Source of the DNA: Podarcis cretensis
Lineage: Eukaryota
DNA length: 64,000 nt
Assembly: GCA_951804945.1 (NCBI GenBank)
Contig: OX638157.1
Location: 25,606,001 to 25,670,000 of the forward strand
Direction of reading: 5' to 3'
Shown: piece by piece, positions 1 to 13,914 of the stretch
How positions within the stretch are numbered: the stretch's first letter is position 1
How the letters are laid out: every line of letters starts with the position of its first letter
Made by a program: the position numbers and the translations under genes
The notes under the pieces: generated by a model
The model's database searches: none
What the model saw: only the letters and a program-made list of their open reading frames with translations
Told to the model about the DNA's origin: nothing

Positions 1-2119
1 GTGCCCACGAATTTCAGCTTTGCTCCATTCCAGAATGATGGAATAGAGAAGGATGGTGCACTGAGCCAAGAGAAGGTTTAGGGACTTGATTGTAGGCCAC
101 AAACTATTTGTGCAACCCAGGCTTCAGGAGGCAGTGGATCCTGTGGCCCCATAGCAATCATTTGCAAATATGGTGGGGCAATCTATTGACAGAAGCCTGT
201 TTCTTCGGTGGGCGGTGGGGTCCTCAGCAACACCACTGGAGTGAAGCCAAGGCCTGGAAACTTCAACACAATTTGTAATGATAGATTCAAAACATGTCTT
301 TTATTCTCAATTTGGAAAAGAAAACAATGTTCATTTAGCTGTATCGTACCTTATTTGGGACAAACAAAGGACATAAAAGCAATACAAATGTCTGCAGTTT
401 GTATTACATTGTTTGCTAAATAGTTGACTTCTTATTGGTTTTATCTTTTTTTTAATCGTGAGATGTTGATTTGCTTAAAGTGACTAACAAATGTTAAGAA
501 CTGTTGGAAATAATGGATGGTGCAGCATAAGGTAAAACACAAATGAAAGTAAAAATCCAACTGTCTAGAATTTCTAAAATGAGATTTTTAATATGATAGG
601 CTTAGCCTTTTTGGACCCTGCCTCAGCAGCTTCATGGAATTCATGAGAGGATGGTTATTTACAGCACATGCAAATATCATTTAGTTTATTTTTTTGATAT
701 ATTTTAGTTTTCTAAAGCCAGATATAATGGTTAGCTAGAAAAGGGGTTTGGTTTTAGGATTTATGCAGTTCTTTTTTTCTTGCACAAATATGCTGCAATC
801 TTATACCGGTTTACAGTGGGAGTAGAAACGCTTTGGACTGCACTGCTTTATCTTCCCAAATGCCATTGAGTGGGGGAAGGGAACAAAATGTCAGCTCAAT
901 TAGATGAAGTGGTTTTGAAAATCCTTCCTTCAGAAAATAAATTCAGAAGCATTCCAGACGCTTTTTGAGTCTAGATATGTTAGAAATTGTGCTTGAAGGT
1001 TCTTTGGCTCTGGTGCTCCACATTTAAGGTTTCGTTTTCACCATTTGTTCTTACATAATCCTATTGAGAACTCATTAGTGTTTCTCTGGTCGGAGAGTCA
1101 TGGAATTAGTGGTCAGTTAGAAAAGGGGTTTGTCTTTAGGAACTGTGCAGTTCTTCTCTTGCACAAATATGCTGCAATCTTATAGCAGCTTAATAAGAAT
1201 AGTTACTGTAAATCATGTATGCTGTCAGCCATCTGGCGTCGTCTGTGCCCATGTTCCTTCTTGAATCGTGCTTACCCTCTGCTTGTGGCCTCTAGTAGGT
1301 GATACCACAAACGGCAGAAGGCACAAGGTGCTGGGCCTTGTTGAAATCCTGAGTAATATGCTTATGGCCCCAGTAGTAGAGGCTATAACTTGGTTTTCAA
1401 AACCAGTTTATTTTGGATGGCTTTCTCTTGAAGGACACATAGCACGTCTGATTACATTTTATCATCATTATTATTAAGTGTATCATGCTGTTTTCCTGTA
1501 TGGTGTTTTAGGCTTTGAATGATCAAATTTTTATTGAAATGTGATGTTAGGTTTTGTTGTTGTTTTAAATGTAAACTGCCTTGTGAGGGCTTTTGCCCTG
1601 AAAGGTGGCCTAGGGATAGATAGAAAATAAAAAATGAGGGGCTAAACCAGTTCCTAAATGGTACTATTGTACCATCAGACGGCAGGTGAGGGGAGCACAT
1701 GGTTAAGCAGAGGAGTAGGGTGAGGGACGGTGTCATCTGCCCTCCTTTCAGCTCTGACTTTTTCTTACACCTGAGGAGAGTAGCTGATGCTCAAGTAAAT
1801 CTGCCTAAAACATCAAGCCAGGTGAGTGTCTGAGACTGTTGTGCCCACCCAATTTGGAGGATGTGTGTCATGGGCACTTTGTATGTGTACCTCAGAAGGA
1901 GCACAACACCCGCTGAAGGCAATCGGTTTGGTGTGAGACCAGTGGGGATGAAGTGTGGTTGCCGCCATCTGTTTTCAGTCTCCAATTCCTGTCATCCCCA
2001 GCCAGTGTTGTTCAGCACCATGTGGACTTCCTCTCGTGTGGGCTACACCCTCCTCTGCTCACTTAACATCAACCTGCAATGAAAGAGCGGACTTGACAGG
2101 AGGGTTTGAAAGGTTATTA

Positions 2120-2256
2120 CAGGCTTCCTCAACCTTGATCCTCCATATCTTTTTTGGCCTACAACTCCCATGATCCCTAGCTAGCAGGACCAGTGGTCAG
2201 GGATGATGGGGATTGTAGTCTCAAAACATCCGGAGGGCCAAGGTTGAGGAAGCCTG
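2120..2256. mobile_element. Palindromic hAT-type MITE (squamate ctacaactcccat family)
   Basis: perfect 18-bp TIR caggcttcctcaaccttg / caaggttgaggaagcctg; related copies near 19195-19332, 27386-27521, 55430-55530, 57040-57170. Confidence 0.75.
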
Positions 2257-2726
2257 GGTAATCATAACCCCCTTTATACTGTGACTGGGGTAGGCTGCAA
2301 TCCTAGCCCTTGGCTAGCAGCAATGGGGCTTAACTGAGTGGTGTAACCACTGTCACATGCCAGGGCAGAAGATGGGTGAGGAAGAGGAAAATGCCTGTCT
2401 GCAACACAGGTTGGCAAAGCGAAAAGGCCCATCTTGGGCCCATTGCCATCATGTGACTGTGCTACGGCCCTATCGACACTATACATTTCAAGTAGTATCA
2501 TGCCACTTTAAACAGCCATGGCTTTCCCTCAAAGAATCCTGGGAACTATAGTTTGTTACGAGTTGTTAGGAGACCCCTGTTACCCTCAAAGAGCTATAAT
2601 TCCCAGAGTTCCATAGGATTGTTTGTTAAACTACTATGAGACCTGTAGCTGTGAGGGAAATCGGGTTCCTTGAAAACTTCATTGAAAACAATTCATTATC
2701 GCCTCTTTCTTTTTGTTTGACCTTAG

Positions 2727-3217
2727 GTCTGTGCTGTGCAATGATCCTGATATGTTTGAGATACCTGTAAACGTTCCAGTGGATACAGTGAAACTCCGGA
2801 TAGAAAAGACTGTCATACGAAAGATCCCGACTGAAGCCTTCTACTACCTGGTGGATCTCAAATACCTGTGGCTTACCTACAACTCTATAGCAAACATTGA
2901 CACGAGCAGCTTCTATAATCTAAAACTATTGCATGAATTGCGCCTGGATGGGAATTTGCTGTCAAGTTTCCCTTGGGAATCTTTGGCTGAGATGCCTAAC
3001 CTCCGAACACTTGACTTACACAACAACCTAATGACCAGCATTCCTGCTGAGGCCGGTAAATATCTGAGGAATCTCACTTACCTGGACATATCTAGCAACA
3101 AATTAACCTCTCTGCCATCAGACATCTTGGATATCTTGCTTCCTTTTTCTGAAACAGGATTGCCCAGAAACACAGAACCCAGGAATGCAGACTCCATAAT
3201 ACAGAGGGTCATATTAG
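2727..3217 (+). CDS. LRIT3: LRIT3 coding exon 2 (end of LRR N-cap plus leucine-rich repeats)
   Basis: ccttag|G acceptor; translation SVLCNDPDMFEIPVNVPVDTVKLRIEKTVIRKIPTEAFYYL...LRTLDLHNN...RVIL matches LRIT3 LRRs; donor TTAG|gtaagc, phase 1. Confidence 0.95.
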
Positions 3218-3360
3218 GTAAGCTGGCAAATATCGTGAAATTCCTTCTTTGAACTGTGCCAGCTGGCATGAATCTTGAATGAGTCCCTGGGCCATTGAAA
3301 AATAGTTCTGGCCATACATTTCTTGTACTGCTGTTTCCCTAAATTTTTGTTTGGCATTTT

Positions 3361-3706
3361 AGGTAAAGGTAAAGGTACCCCTGCCCGTACGGGCCAGTCT
3401 TAACAGACTCTGGGGTTGTGCGCCCATCTCACTTAAGAGGCCAGGGGCCAGCGCTGTCGGGAGACACTTCCGGGTCACGTGGCCAGCGTGACATCGCTGC
3501 TCTGGCCAGAGCCAGAGCCGCACACGGAAACGCCGTTTACCTTCCTGCTGGTAAGCGGTCCCTATTTATCTACTTGCACCCGGAGGTGCTTTCGAACTGC
3601 TAGGTTGGCAGGCGCTGGGACCGAGCAGCGGGAGCGCACCCCGCCGCAGGGATTCGAACCGCCGACCTTTCGATCGGCAAGCCCTAGGCGCTGAGGCTTT
3701 AACCCG
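3361..3706 (-). mobile_element. Sauria SINE (Squam1/POM-type)
   Basis: tRNA-like B box ggttcgaatccc, conserved body and (ACCTTT)n tail on the minus strand; similar to other copies in the window. Confidence 0.88.
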
Positions 3707-5935
3707 CATGAAAGGAATGTGAGAACAGCAAGATCTGGAACTTGGTTAGAATAGTTTGATCAATGCTGTCTATTGTGTTGATTGGAGCACCCACAATTCC
3801 TATGGTCTGCTTTGCTGACTAGCGGGGAGCATTGCCACTGCTTGTGTGCCTTGTGAGCTTTTGATGTGCTGACCAGAACCCACTGCAGATGTGCATTACT
3901 GTGGCATGTTTGCTTTAAGCGCCTTAAAGGAACTGACCTGACAAAAGCTCCATTCATGATCCAGGGGGCGGGCATACACAAAGTCATTGGTTTTGGTATT
4001 ATAACCACACATGTGGGTTCTGCAACAAAATCTAGTAGTGTCATGTGATTCTGCTCAGGATACCCTTTTCCAGGACATTCCATTCAATTCCCAACCCAGT
4101 TTTCTGTTTTCTTCAAGAGGCAGTCAGTATTCCATGTCCATTGAGCTCCTCACAGAGCAGCTTTGGAGTGGGCTCCCTAGTTTTCCACCCCTCTAAAAAC
4201 TGTACTTTTGCCCATGTGTTCTACAAATATGCATATTAATATGGAGGCAACTCTTGAGGTTTCACAAAGCCTGCTGTTACATTTCTCCTGTGCAGTGATG
4301 GGCTGTTCAAGTAGCACATACAAATATGTGCCAGGACAAATATGCACCATTGTCCACATTCAGAGAATGAGTTTGCTAACTTTATATGTTATATAGAAGT
4401 GTTTCCTAATCCTGCAAGAATTGCATACCCCTGCTGAGACTTTAGTCTTACCTGAATACCCCTTCTAAGACAAATATAATTTGGGGGTAGTATTAATAAT
4501 ACGATTTAACTATGATAAAGTAAAATAAAAACATTCTGCTGTGCATCCTTTAAGACCCTTTCATGTATCCCCAGGCATGCATGCACTACGCTTTGGGAAA
4601 CACGGTTTTTTGGGGTTGTCCAAATTCCAAAGGTATCCTTGCGAGTGACTTTGCTAGACAACTTGGGTAGTACAAATCGCTGTTCAGTAGAGGGTGCTGT
4701 TTCTTTTATAGTTGGAACTGAGCACCAGTTTCTGAATGCGCCACTCTGAAGGTTATGCTGTACACATGACTTTTAAATCACTTCTCATTTCTCCTGCGGC
4801 TTGATTCTTTTCTTCTCATAAATCATTGCTGCTGATCCTGATTCAATATCAGGTACTGCCTCACAAAATATCTTGTTTTGCATGCAGAATTGGCAGTGCC
4901 AAAAGCCAACAAAACAAAAGTCCTGCATCTCCAATTCTAAAATAAAACTTAGTATTGGAAATTCTGGGAGCCATTTAAGGTTCCTTGCGCTGTTTCTGCA
5001 CAAGGGAGCTGGTGCACAACTGCTCTGAATTAGGGATTCATTTATTGAATCAGCTGCAATAGAGATTCATGCCTAGAATGTTGCTTTTGTCTCTCCTTTC
5101 CCCCCATCTTTCTTTCTCCTGTTCGGTAGCGCCTATTCTTTCTGAATTTCTGTGCTGGGCCCTTTAGCAATGTTCAGATCTGCACGGGTGGTTTTTTTTA
5201 AATTCTTACTCGTATTCTTTATAATCACACTTTCCTCCAGGCTCGTCGAATAACTTACAAAAAAATCATTCAGTTGAAAATCTAACTATAACATACATCA
5301 AAATCATTCTCCTATTAGTTATGCATAACAGTATATTCTTTTGTCCCTACTCTTTTATCCTAATTTTCCCCCTCCCTCCCTCTCCTTTAACCCCTCCCCC
5401 CAAAATTGTTCTCTCTTCAAATCTTTAACCATGTGCACAGATTATTCATTCTAATTTGGATGCTTGGGTTGGCTTCCCGTCTGCACATGTTTAAATATAT
5501 TTACTGGTGCTTTCTACTCTAATGATAGCATCAAAGTTTGGAATTAAGTGAACATAGGAAGCTGCCTTCTACTGAGTCAAACTATTGGTCCATCAGTATC
5601 GTCTACACTGACTGGCAGCAGGTCTCCAGGATGTCAGGCGAGGTTCTCTCCTGAGATGACATGGATTGAACTGGAGACCACCTGCATGCAAAGAAGAAGC
5701 TTTAGCACTTAGCTATTACGCTTCCCAAAGGGCTTGTAAGGACAAACTTAAGAGTTTGCAATTCCAGTTGTCACTACTGACAGATACATCTGAATGTGAG
5801 GAAAAAGGGGAGCAGGCAGCAAAATGAGGCACATGGATTGGTGGGGGACATTGGTTTGTTAGTGAGATGTACCTGGACTCATCCTTTTTTCACTGAAGTG
5901 TAATGTGGTTCAAATTAACCCCAGAGTCTGTCAAA

Positions 5936-5976
5936 ACTGGCCCGTACGGGCAGGGGTACCTTTACCTTTACCTTTA
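5936..5976 (+). mobile_element. Sauria SINE 3' tip only (hairpin + tail)
   Basis: actggcccgtacgggcaggggtacctttacctttaccttt matches the 3' end of the 3361 copy. Confidence 0.75.
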
Positions 5977-7008
5977 AAAGGAGAAAGTACAATGGGAAGA
6001 TATTTAAAAATATTTCAGGCAGTTGGCCCATTGCTATCTGTCCTCTTTACTTCCATGACTTCCACCTTGACGGAAGCATTTCAGGGTGTGGAGAAGGGAG
6101 AGGGAGGGAGGGAGATGTCCTCATCTTACAGTGCTGGGAGACACCACTGATCCTAGAGAGTCACTGTCAGTCATTGCAGACAGTACTGAACTAGATGGAT
6201 AAAAGGCCTGGCTTGGTATAGCTTAAGCTCCCCCCCCCTATGTTGTCAGACATAACTTCAGCTGCTTAAAGAATAAGAAGCAGGATGAGGCTAAAAGAAC
6301 AGCACCAGATAGACTGGCACTGTAGGCTTATTGCTAAGACATTGCCTCTAGTGTCTTGTGGAGGCTGCTCTGTTAGGGCAAATGGGGCACAACCCACCAA
6401 CCTGAGCCTTGAGTCCTCAAAGCCCACTTTCCTACTGACAACCACTCTAGGGCCTGGTACTGCCTGTTGGCTTCCTCCTCCCGAGTCTCAGAGTTGACCC
6501 TGTAGAAACTCAGGAGGGAGGAGGATGGGGACAAGGCTAGAATTAGCTTGCTCTGCCTTTCATTGTCTCTACCTGCTGTTGGGCTCCCTGCCCTTTGTCC
6601 CAGCTGTGCAGTGGTCTGACTCAGTATAAGGCAGCTTCCTACGCTCCTATCCCTGCCAAGAACTTGCCCATGTAACTGATGCCTGCAGAAAGCAGACTTC
6701 ACCTCTTCTGCCCATCAGCTTCCTGCATTGGCTGTGTAAGCAAGTTGCCCGCAGAAGCTGGCGGTTGGTATTTTCCTCATGCTTGTGGATCTCTGGAAGG
6801 CATTCAGTTGGCCACTATAGAAAACCAGACCCCCTGCCACTGAGCTATGGCCCTTCCCTGTCATTTCTTATGAAATATTGTGTTTCTCCCAAGCTAGCTT
6901 TTATCTGAATTGAGAAAAAGAACGGCCTAGCTGTGTTTTAAGCCAGCAATATGTACACTGAGTTGCATTGCTAGCAAGACTATGAGCATACTGTTCTTCT
7001 GTTTTCAG

Positions 7009-7314
7009 GCTTGCAAGACAACCCATGGTATTGTGACTGTCGGATTTCCAAGCTAATTGAATTTTCCAAAATTGTGGATACCGCCATTTTGCTTCTGGAC
7101 CCTTTTGTGGCTTGCAGTGGACCTGAGAGCCTGGCTGGGATTTTGTTCCAAAGAGCAGAGCTGGAACAGTGCTTGAAACCATCCGTCATGACTTCGGCCA
7201 CAAAGATTACCTCGCCCCTGGGAAGCAACGTCCTACTGCGCTGTGATGCAACTGGCTACCCCACCCCACAACTCACCTGGGTTAGGTCAGACAATGTGCC
7301 GGTGAACTATACAG
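7009..7314 (+). CDS. LRIT3: LRIT3 coding exon 3 (LRR C-cap and start of Ig domain)
   Basis: ttttcag|GC TTG CAA GAC = GLQDNPWYCDC...CLKPSVMTSATKITSPLGSNVLLRCDATGYPTPQLTW; donor ACAG|gtattg; phase 1/1, compatible with flanking exons. Confidence 0.95.
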
Positions 7315-8117
7315 GTATTGAGTCTCAAGCAAAAGGGAGACTATAGGTCATTTTACCTTGAGTTGACAGTGACCTGTGAGATCACTGAGAACCAAAATAG
7401 GGGTGCAGTCATCAAGAGTGGTGGGCTGGAGTTCAAATGCCCACTCAGCCATGAAGCTCACTAGGTAGTCTTGGCCAGCCACTATAGCCCTCTTCGTGCA
7501 TTACTCATGTGTAGAGAGGAAGTGTGGTGAAATGGATGGCAGGGATATGAATGATGCTTCTCCTGCTGCCCTCTCCTTCCTTATGTTGAACACCACCCCA
7601 GTCTCCAAGCGGTGTGAAATTCCAGGGCTTCCAGGCACTTACCCAGGGTCTGTGTTTCCTTTTAGAAATGTATTAGATCTTTTTTATTGGATGCTGCTGG
7701 TCTGAGAGGCAGAACAAGAAATCAGTTTTTATAGATCATTGTATGTAGGGCTGACTTGGATCCTGTGCCATTCAACCAGTTTCACATACCTGAAACAGAT
7801 TTACAGCCCACCCTTGCATATATTTGTTTAGAATCAAGTCCTATGGAGTCCAGTGGATTTTGGATTAAAATACGATATACTGCAGGAGAAATATTTCTTC
7901 TAAGATGGTGTCTGAATAATCAGACTTAAAGGTTTTTAACGGGTTGACCTTAATCAACTGATTGATCTTAATCAGTGAAATGTTGTAGCCCTATGAAAAA
8001 AGTTCCTTGTCATTTGAAATGTATGTTGTAACACCACAAAAAGCACACTAAGGTAGTATGAATGCTGCTGCTTCGTGTTCAGGTTATCACACTCACCTGC
8101 ATTGAATTGTTTTCCAG

Positions 8118-9196
8118 TTATTCAAGAAAGTCCTGGTGAAGGTGTAAGATGGTCCATCATCAGCTTGACAGGCATTTCCTACAAGGATGCAGGTGACTAC
8201 AGATGCAAGGCCAAAAATTTGGCTGGAATGTCAGAAGCTGCTGTTACAGTCACTGTTGTTGGCGTTGTCACCACCACTGTTTCTCCACAAAAGTATGGGA
8301 AAAAGACTGGAACAGACCAGCAAAACACCACCCAGGAAGAGGTCAAACAAGAATCCTTGAATGCAACCACCGCTTCTCCTTCAACATTGCCTACAAGCAC
8401 CACTTCTCCTACAACAGTGGCTACCAGTGAAAGGCCTACAACTGACAGAAGCAGCGACAAAAAACCACCCAAGTCAATGCCAGATGGAAGAAAGAACGCC
8501 AAATCAAATACAAACGGAGGCAAGAAACAACCAGGTGATGTCAGCAAGAAGGATGACGGGACATCCCTCAGCGCAGCAGCAGGAGCTGAAAAAAACGGTG
8601 CAGTAAAAAACCTAAGAGTAATTCCTGAAACTGATGAAAGAGTGACCTTAACATGGAAAACTGCCACAGTCACAAGCAACTCTTCTTTGACTGTGTTGTA
8701 CTCAAAGTATGGGGAGAAAGACATGCTGCCCCTGAGCACAGACCCCTCGAAAAACAAAGTCACCATAGATGGTTTGGAACCCAGCACACAATATATGGCC
8801 TGTGTTGTTCCCAAAGGGACCCCACCTACAAAGGACCAATGCATCATTTTCTCCACTGATGGAATTACCGTGGAAGATGATTATCAGATTCCCATTTTGC
8901 TGGTAGCTGGTGGGGTGGCCTGTGCCGTTGTCTTACCGTTGATATTTTTCTTACTGTATAAAGTCTTAATGCTTCACAGGAAACCAAAACCTGTCAGGGA
9001 AGATGACCTTGAAAAAGAGACTTACGTCAAATTTGAAACCCTTTCCCTCAAACCACGTTCCGTGGTGGCAGGTGGGGAGCTTTGGGCTCGGCGGAACACC
9101 GATGAGTCAGAAAGACTACTGCTGTGTTCTAGGTCAAGTATGGATTCTCAGATGACCTTCAAAAGTGAAGGCTCAAGGTCAGAGTACCTCTGCTGA
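8118..9196 (+). CDS. LRIT3: LRIT3 terminal coding exon 4 (rest of Ig, Ser/Thr-rich stalk, FN3, TM helix, cytoplasmic tail)
   Basis: tttccag|TT ATT CAA GAA; VIQESPGEGVRWSIISLTGISYKDAGDYRCKAKNLAG, FN3 (NLRV...VTLTW...GLEPSTQYMACV), TM ILLVAGGVACAVVLPLIFFLLY, tail SQMTFKSEGSRSEYLC*. Confidence 0.96.
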
Positions 9197-10088
9197 CTCT
9201 GGGTGTTCTGCGGACCATCTGAAGATCCCTACTGGGGAATAGGGGAGTGACTGCAGCCTTGTTTCAGATGCTGGATCAGTGCCAGTTATAAAATGTGAGG
9301 ATTAAGGACAGCAGCATCAAATAGAAATCAGAATCGTCTTTGGTGGGACATACGGGGGGGGGGATGCCTCTTTGAAAAGTGACATTTTTGAACTTTTGTA
9401 TTATTTTTGAAGCATTCTGCCTGTTTATATTCTGTCTTTTTATCAATTTGCTCTTGTTCAAATGAAAGATTTTGTGTAAAACATGTACCACCAGCCTGTC
9501 CATTGCTATCTATGTTTCTTGTTTTTATATAAACTAACTTTAGATTGATAGGTATTAAAAAATACATTTTTCATGTGCAGTTAAAATGTTAGATTTCTAT
9601 GCTTGGCCATTTGACAGATACAAGGGCCAGAATCCAGCACAACTCATTGAAATAAGTGTGGATTTGTTGGTTTAATTCTGCTTTTTGAATTGTGGGTGAG
9701 ATGTCTGGTGATAAAAACGTGGTTTGTGTTGTAGAACCCAGTTGAACATTAAATAATGCCTTGTTTTGACATGCTGTTTGATATGCAGGTTGGATCCAGA
9801 CTAAGTGACCTACTTAGGTCCCATTCACTTCAAAGGAATGGAAGGATAACTAACTAACTGTGGATCCAACCCATTAGTCAAAATTCATGGCTTTCTTTTT
9901 TTTGTGAGAAATTATGCATCAACTGTATATGATGGATACATTTGGGAGAAGCTTTATCTGCATTCTGAATTTAAGGAAAGGATGAATTTACAGAATTTTG
10001 TAAGATACAAGTGTTTTGTTATACAGAAGTGCATAATAGCCTTCCCAAAATAGGGCTCTCCAGATGTTTTGTACCACAACTCTCATTT

Positions 10089-10119
<31 letters not shown>

Positions 10120-12365
10120 CCAACACATTCATGTTGGTTGGAGGTGATGAGAGTTCCAAACATCTGGAGGGACGTGGTTGGTGGCAGCTAGCGTAGAAGA
10201 TAGCTACAGTAATATATTCCTAATTTACACTGTAATCCAGGTTAGATATAAGTGTTAAAGATATAAGAGGAAATCAAGGTAAATTTGATCAAACAAATTT
10301 TGATCCAGATGTCTAAAGGCACATAGCATGGCATGTTTGTTTTGCTTGTTTATTTAAGGGGTTTCTCCTTCCCTTCTGGAAGAAATCTTCCACAGAGGAG
10401 CTTGCAATATTTTAAAATACAAATCCATTCCATAAAACCTTTTAAAACACAGCCAGCAATAATAAACCAACCACCAGTAGAAAAAAATCATTCAGCAATA
10501 CCATAGTAGTTAACCACCTTCTCTCATGCCCCACCCCAATCAAAACTGTTTGAGAAAAGAGATGGGGGAATTGGCTTCTGGTTGCAGAGCCACTGCTGAG
10601 AAGGTCCTGCTAAGTATGCTAACCAGTTTAAAGCCTTTACTGACAGGCACTGAAATAGGCCTTCTGAGGTAGATACTTTGATATAGGCAACACTAGCTCT
10701 CCCTCATTGCTTTTCCTCAGCACCTGCAATTCAGCTGTGGACTGTGGACTATGGAAGGTCCATTTCAGCTGTCATGACTTATAGCAGTTGGCCAACCATT
10801 ATTACTCCATGCTTTTTGTTTAATCCTGAATAATAAATAAATAAATAAATAAATAATATAGGATTTCAAGGCCAGGGATACCCTTGGCAGTGCAAAACAT
10901 TTCCCCTTCTCTTTCCAATGTTCAGATGTCGGTGCCACTCCAGATTTATGTTAAGCAACATTATCTGCACAAGAGAGTAATGTCAGCAGGCTGAGGGAAA
11001 CTCCAGGGTTGGCAGAAGTACAAACATGTTTAGAAACTCCTATTCGGGATAACAAAAAATAGCTCAGTGAAGACAGAGCATGTTCAGTTTCCATATCAAC
11101 TAGTTTCCCCTGAATACATACCTTACAGACTTTGGGTCCCAATTTTATTAGTAGCATAGCTTGGTATGTTGTTGAAGGCTTATCCACATGTCTGTAGTTA
11201 AAAACCTTTAGAACTGTTAACTTGAAAGCGGTGTTGTACTGCTTACAATTGCTGCAACTGTTGAAAGGGTCCACTTCCAGGAACTCCAGGATATTCTAGA
11301 AGTGTTGGTTGCAGCACTGATCAAGGAAAAGCAGCGTTGATGATGTTGGTTAACAAATCATCCTGACTTTGGGCACGGTTTCCAAAGAGGTTCTCCTTCC
11401 TTGGGATCTAATTTTAGGTGGGAGAAAAAGGTTTTCTAATAAAACTGTAGCTTCATAAGGACAGATCAGTTTGGAGGTGCATTGAGAATTATATCTATTT
11501 GATCAAGTCAAAATAATAATAGATATTATTTAAAAAACAAAGTTGCATCAAATGAATAAACAGAAAGCAAAATATCTCAAAAATAAGATACACTCCCCAT
11601 AAATGTTGTCTGGAATATTTTCAGGTAGGTTTTTTTTTTTTTAAATCCTGTTTCGTCAATTCAAATCAAGCGTTGACTGCAAATGGAAAAGGCATTCAAA
11701 GACTTCATAGTTGAGTTTGATGGAATGATATATCATCCTGTTTCTTTTCATATTGATCTCAAAGCAACTCACTTATTTTCCACAGATGCAACTGAATCTG
11801 GCCTAATTTGGAACAAAACTATCTCACTTCCTGATTAGAAATAAAGCCATAATTGAAATATATGTTTTACTTACAATTGCTTTTAATTATGCCCAGCATT
11901 GAGTTACCTAGTTTATGCCAAGTTTCACCCTTTTTCACTTGAACTTTTTGTAGTAAAGGTACTGTTCACAATGAGCTAATGTTAGGAGAATGTGGGTCTC
12001 AGACTGTCTTGAAATAAACAAGACTTGGCCATTGCTAGTGCACTATATCTTATACTGGATTTGTTTGCTTCGCAAGGTGAAACACTTCCTCCACAGTGCA
12101 TTTTATACCTCAACTTTCTCACCCCAGTTGTGGAGAATCGTCTGTCACATCCACACATGCATTTAATGCACAGTTAATGCATATTGCTTCACCCAGAGAA
12201 TCCTGGGAATTGCTGTTTCCCTCTCACAGCTACAATTCCCAGCACTTTTAACAAACTACAGTTTGCAGGATTCTTTGAGGGCAGGGGGGAGGGAGCCTTG
12301 ACTGTTAAAGCAGTATAAATCCCCTAAATGTTTGGTGTGGAAGTGAGTTAGAAGGAACTACTGGG

Positions 12366-12810
12366 TAGGGATTGGTGGATATGTCAATTTCAGTTTCTGA
12401 CTGTCAGTTTTTCCAATTTTATGTTCTCCATATTTTCACATCAGTTTGCATTTTTAAAAGAACCGCCCCCCAAAAAAGTCCTCTTGAAAATTATCCTGCA
12501 TTTTAGTGTGATTTTCCCTTAATTTTTGTATGCCAATTTGCCTGATATTTTTGGAAAGAATTTCCCCCTCATTTAATGCAGTTTTTAATACTACATTCAA
12601 TAATATATGCATTTTAATGCACACTTTACCCTAGTATATGCATTTTCATACAAACTACTTGGGTAGAGAATTGCCTTGCAAAAGGCAAAGAAGTGCAAAT
12701 TTCATCTGATGACTGTGTTTTGGTTCGTGTATTATTTCAGAAAGTGCAAATTAGGTAAGTTCACTTTTAAATGTGAACTGAATCAAATCCCCTCCTCTGC
12801 CCCATCCCTA
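12366..12810. mobile_element. Non-autonomous DNA transposon with tagggatggg...cccatcccta termini
   Basis: related copy at about 58795-59187 and a 5' fragment at about 57563-57640 share termini and internal motifs (tgtcaatttcag, cacactttaccc, tcacctttaaatgtgaa). Confidence 0.55.
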
Positions 12811-13914
12811 TCTCCAAGGTTCCTTCAGGAAATCTGCTGCTATTCCATCCCTGTTAAGTAGGCAACCCAGAGCTCTGCTTAAAAGGCTCTAACAAAGGTC
12901 AACTCTCACTACCTTTCCAAAGCAGTCTGTTTCACTGTCAAACAGTGGTCTTCTTGGATTAGTTGAAAAATTTCCACTCCTGTAATTTGAACTGTTTGAA
13001 TCAGGTCCTTCTCCCAGGAGCAATAGAATCAAATTTATTCCATCATCAAAGTCATAGCCACTAGATATTTGAAGGTGGCTGTGATATCACCTCTTAACAG
13101 TATCATCTCCGGGTTAAACACAGTTCACTCCTAAAGTAACTGTAATAGTTTCTAGTCTGTTTTAATAACACATCTTATCTTAGCTGTGTAATGTTACTGC
13201 CCAGAACCTGATTTATTTATTTAGATCATCTATGCCAGGGGTTATCAACCATTTTGAGTCAGTGGACATATTTGGAATTTTGAGGAAGCGCTATGGGTCA
13301 CAAAATTGCTGCTGTGGGGGATTGCTACTACATTTTAAAAAGAAGACGAAAAGAGAGTGCCACAAAACCATTTACATTCATGGCTTTGCTGACTTTTGCC
13401 TCTGGACACACCCACCATGGGCTGCAAAAGATTTCCTATCTCTCCTGTAATGGATGGAATGGATTACATAAACAGGAGATTTAGTGTGCATAGATGTATA
13501 AACAACAATGAAACAGTTTCGTGCCATTGCTGTTAGTGGCACAGTTTCTAATCTGCTATTTCATGCTATTTCTTCGTTTCCAAGAGTACACGCTTATCAG
13601 TTTCTGTCAGTTAAGGTCAACAAAGCTAGTGTTCCTAGGAATGGCTCCATGTACAGCTGTGGCATCTCTCCTGGGTGCTGCCAGGATTGCCAGCTGCTGT
13701 GTTGTGCAATTCCAGACTGCAGTCCTAGGCCCATGTCCCTGGAAGCAAGCCCTACTGAACTCAATGGGACTTGCATCATGCTGCTAATCATATAATAATA
13801 TACTTCACATTTCAAAAGGAGTTGCCTGAAGGGTCCCATCTAATTAATCTACTAAAATACTTCTTTAGAGATAAGCAAATCAGGAAGCAGAGAATTATTG
13901 CTGCTGTTGTTATA

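Noticed and set aside
1216-1330. Possible LRIT3 exon 1 (ATG at 1216; gtgagt/gtgagg donors at about 1686 and 1822)
   Set aside because: No frame gives a signal peptide plus CPxxCxC ending in phase 2; in-frame stops occur. Exon 1 is probably upstream of the window.
8197-8856. 219-aa antisense ORF
   Set aside because: Shadow of LRIT3 exon 4 on the opposite strand; no independent features.
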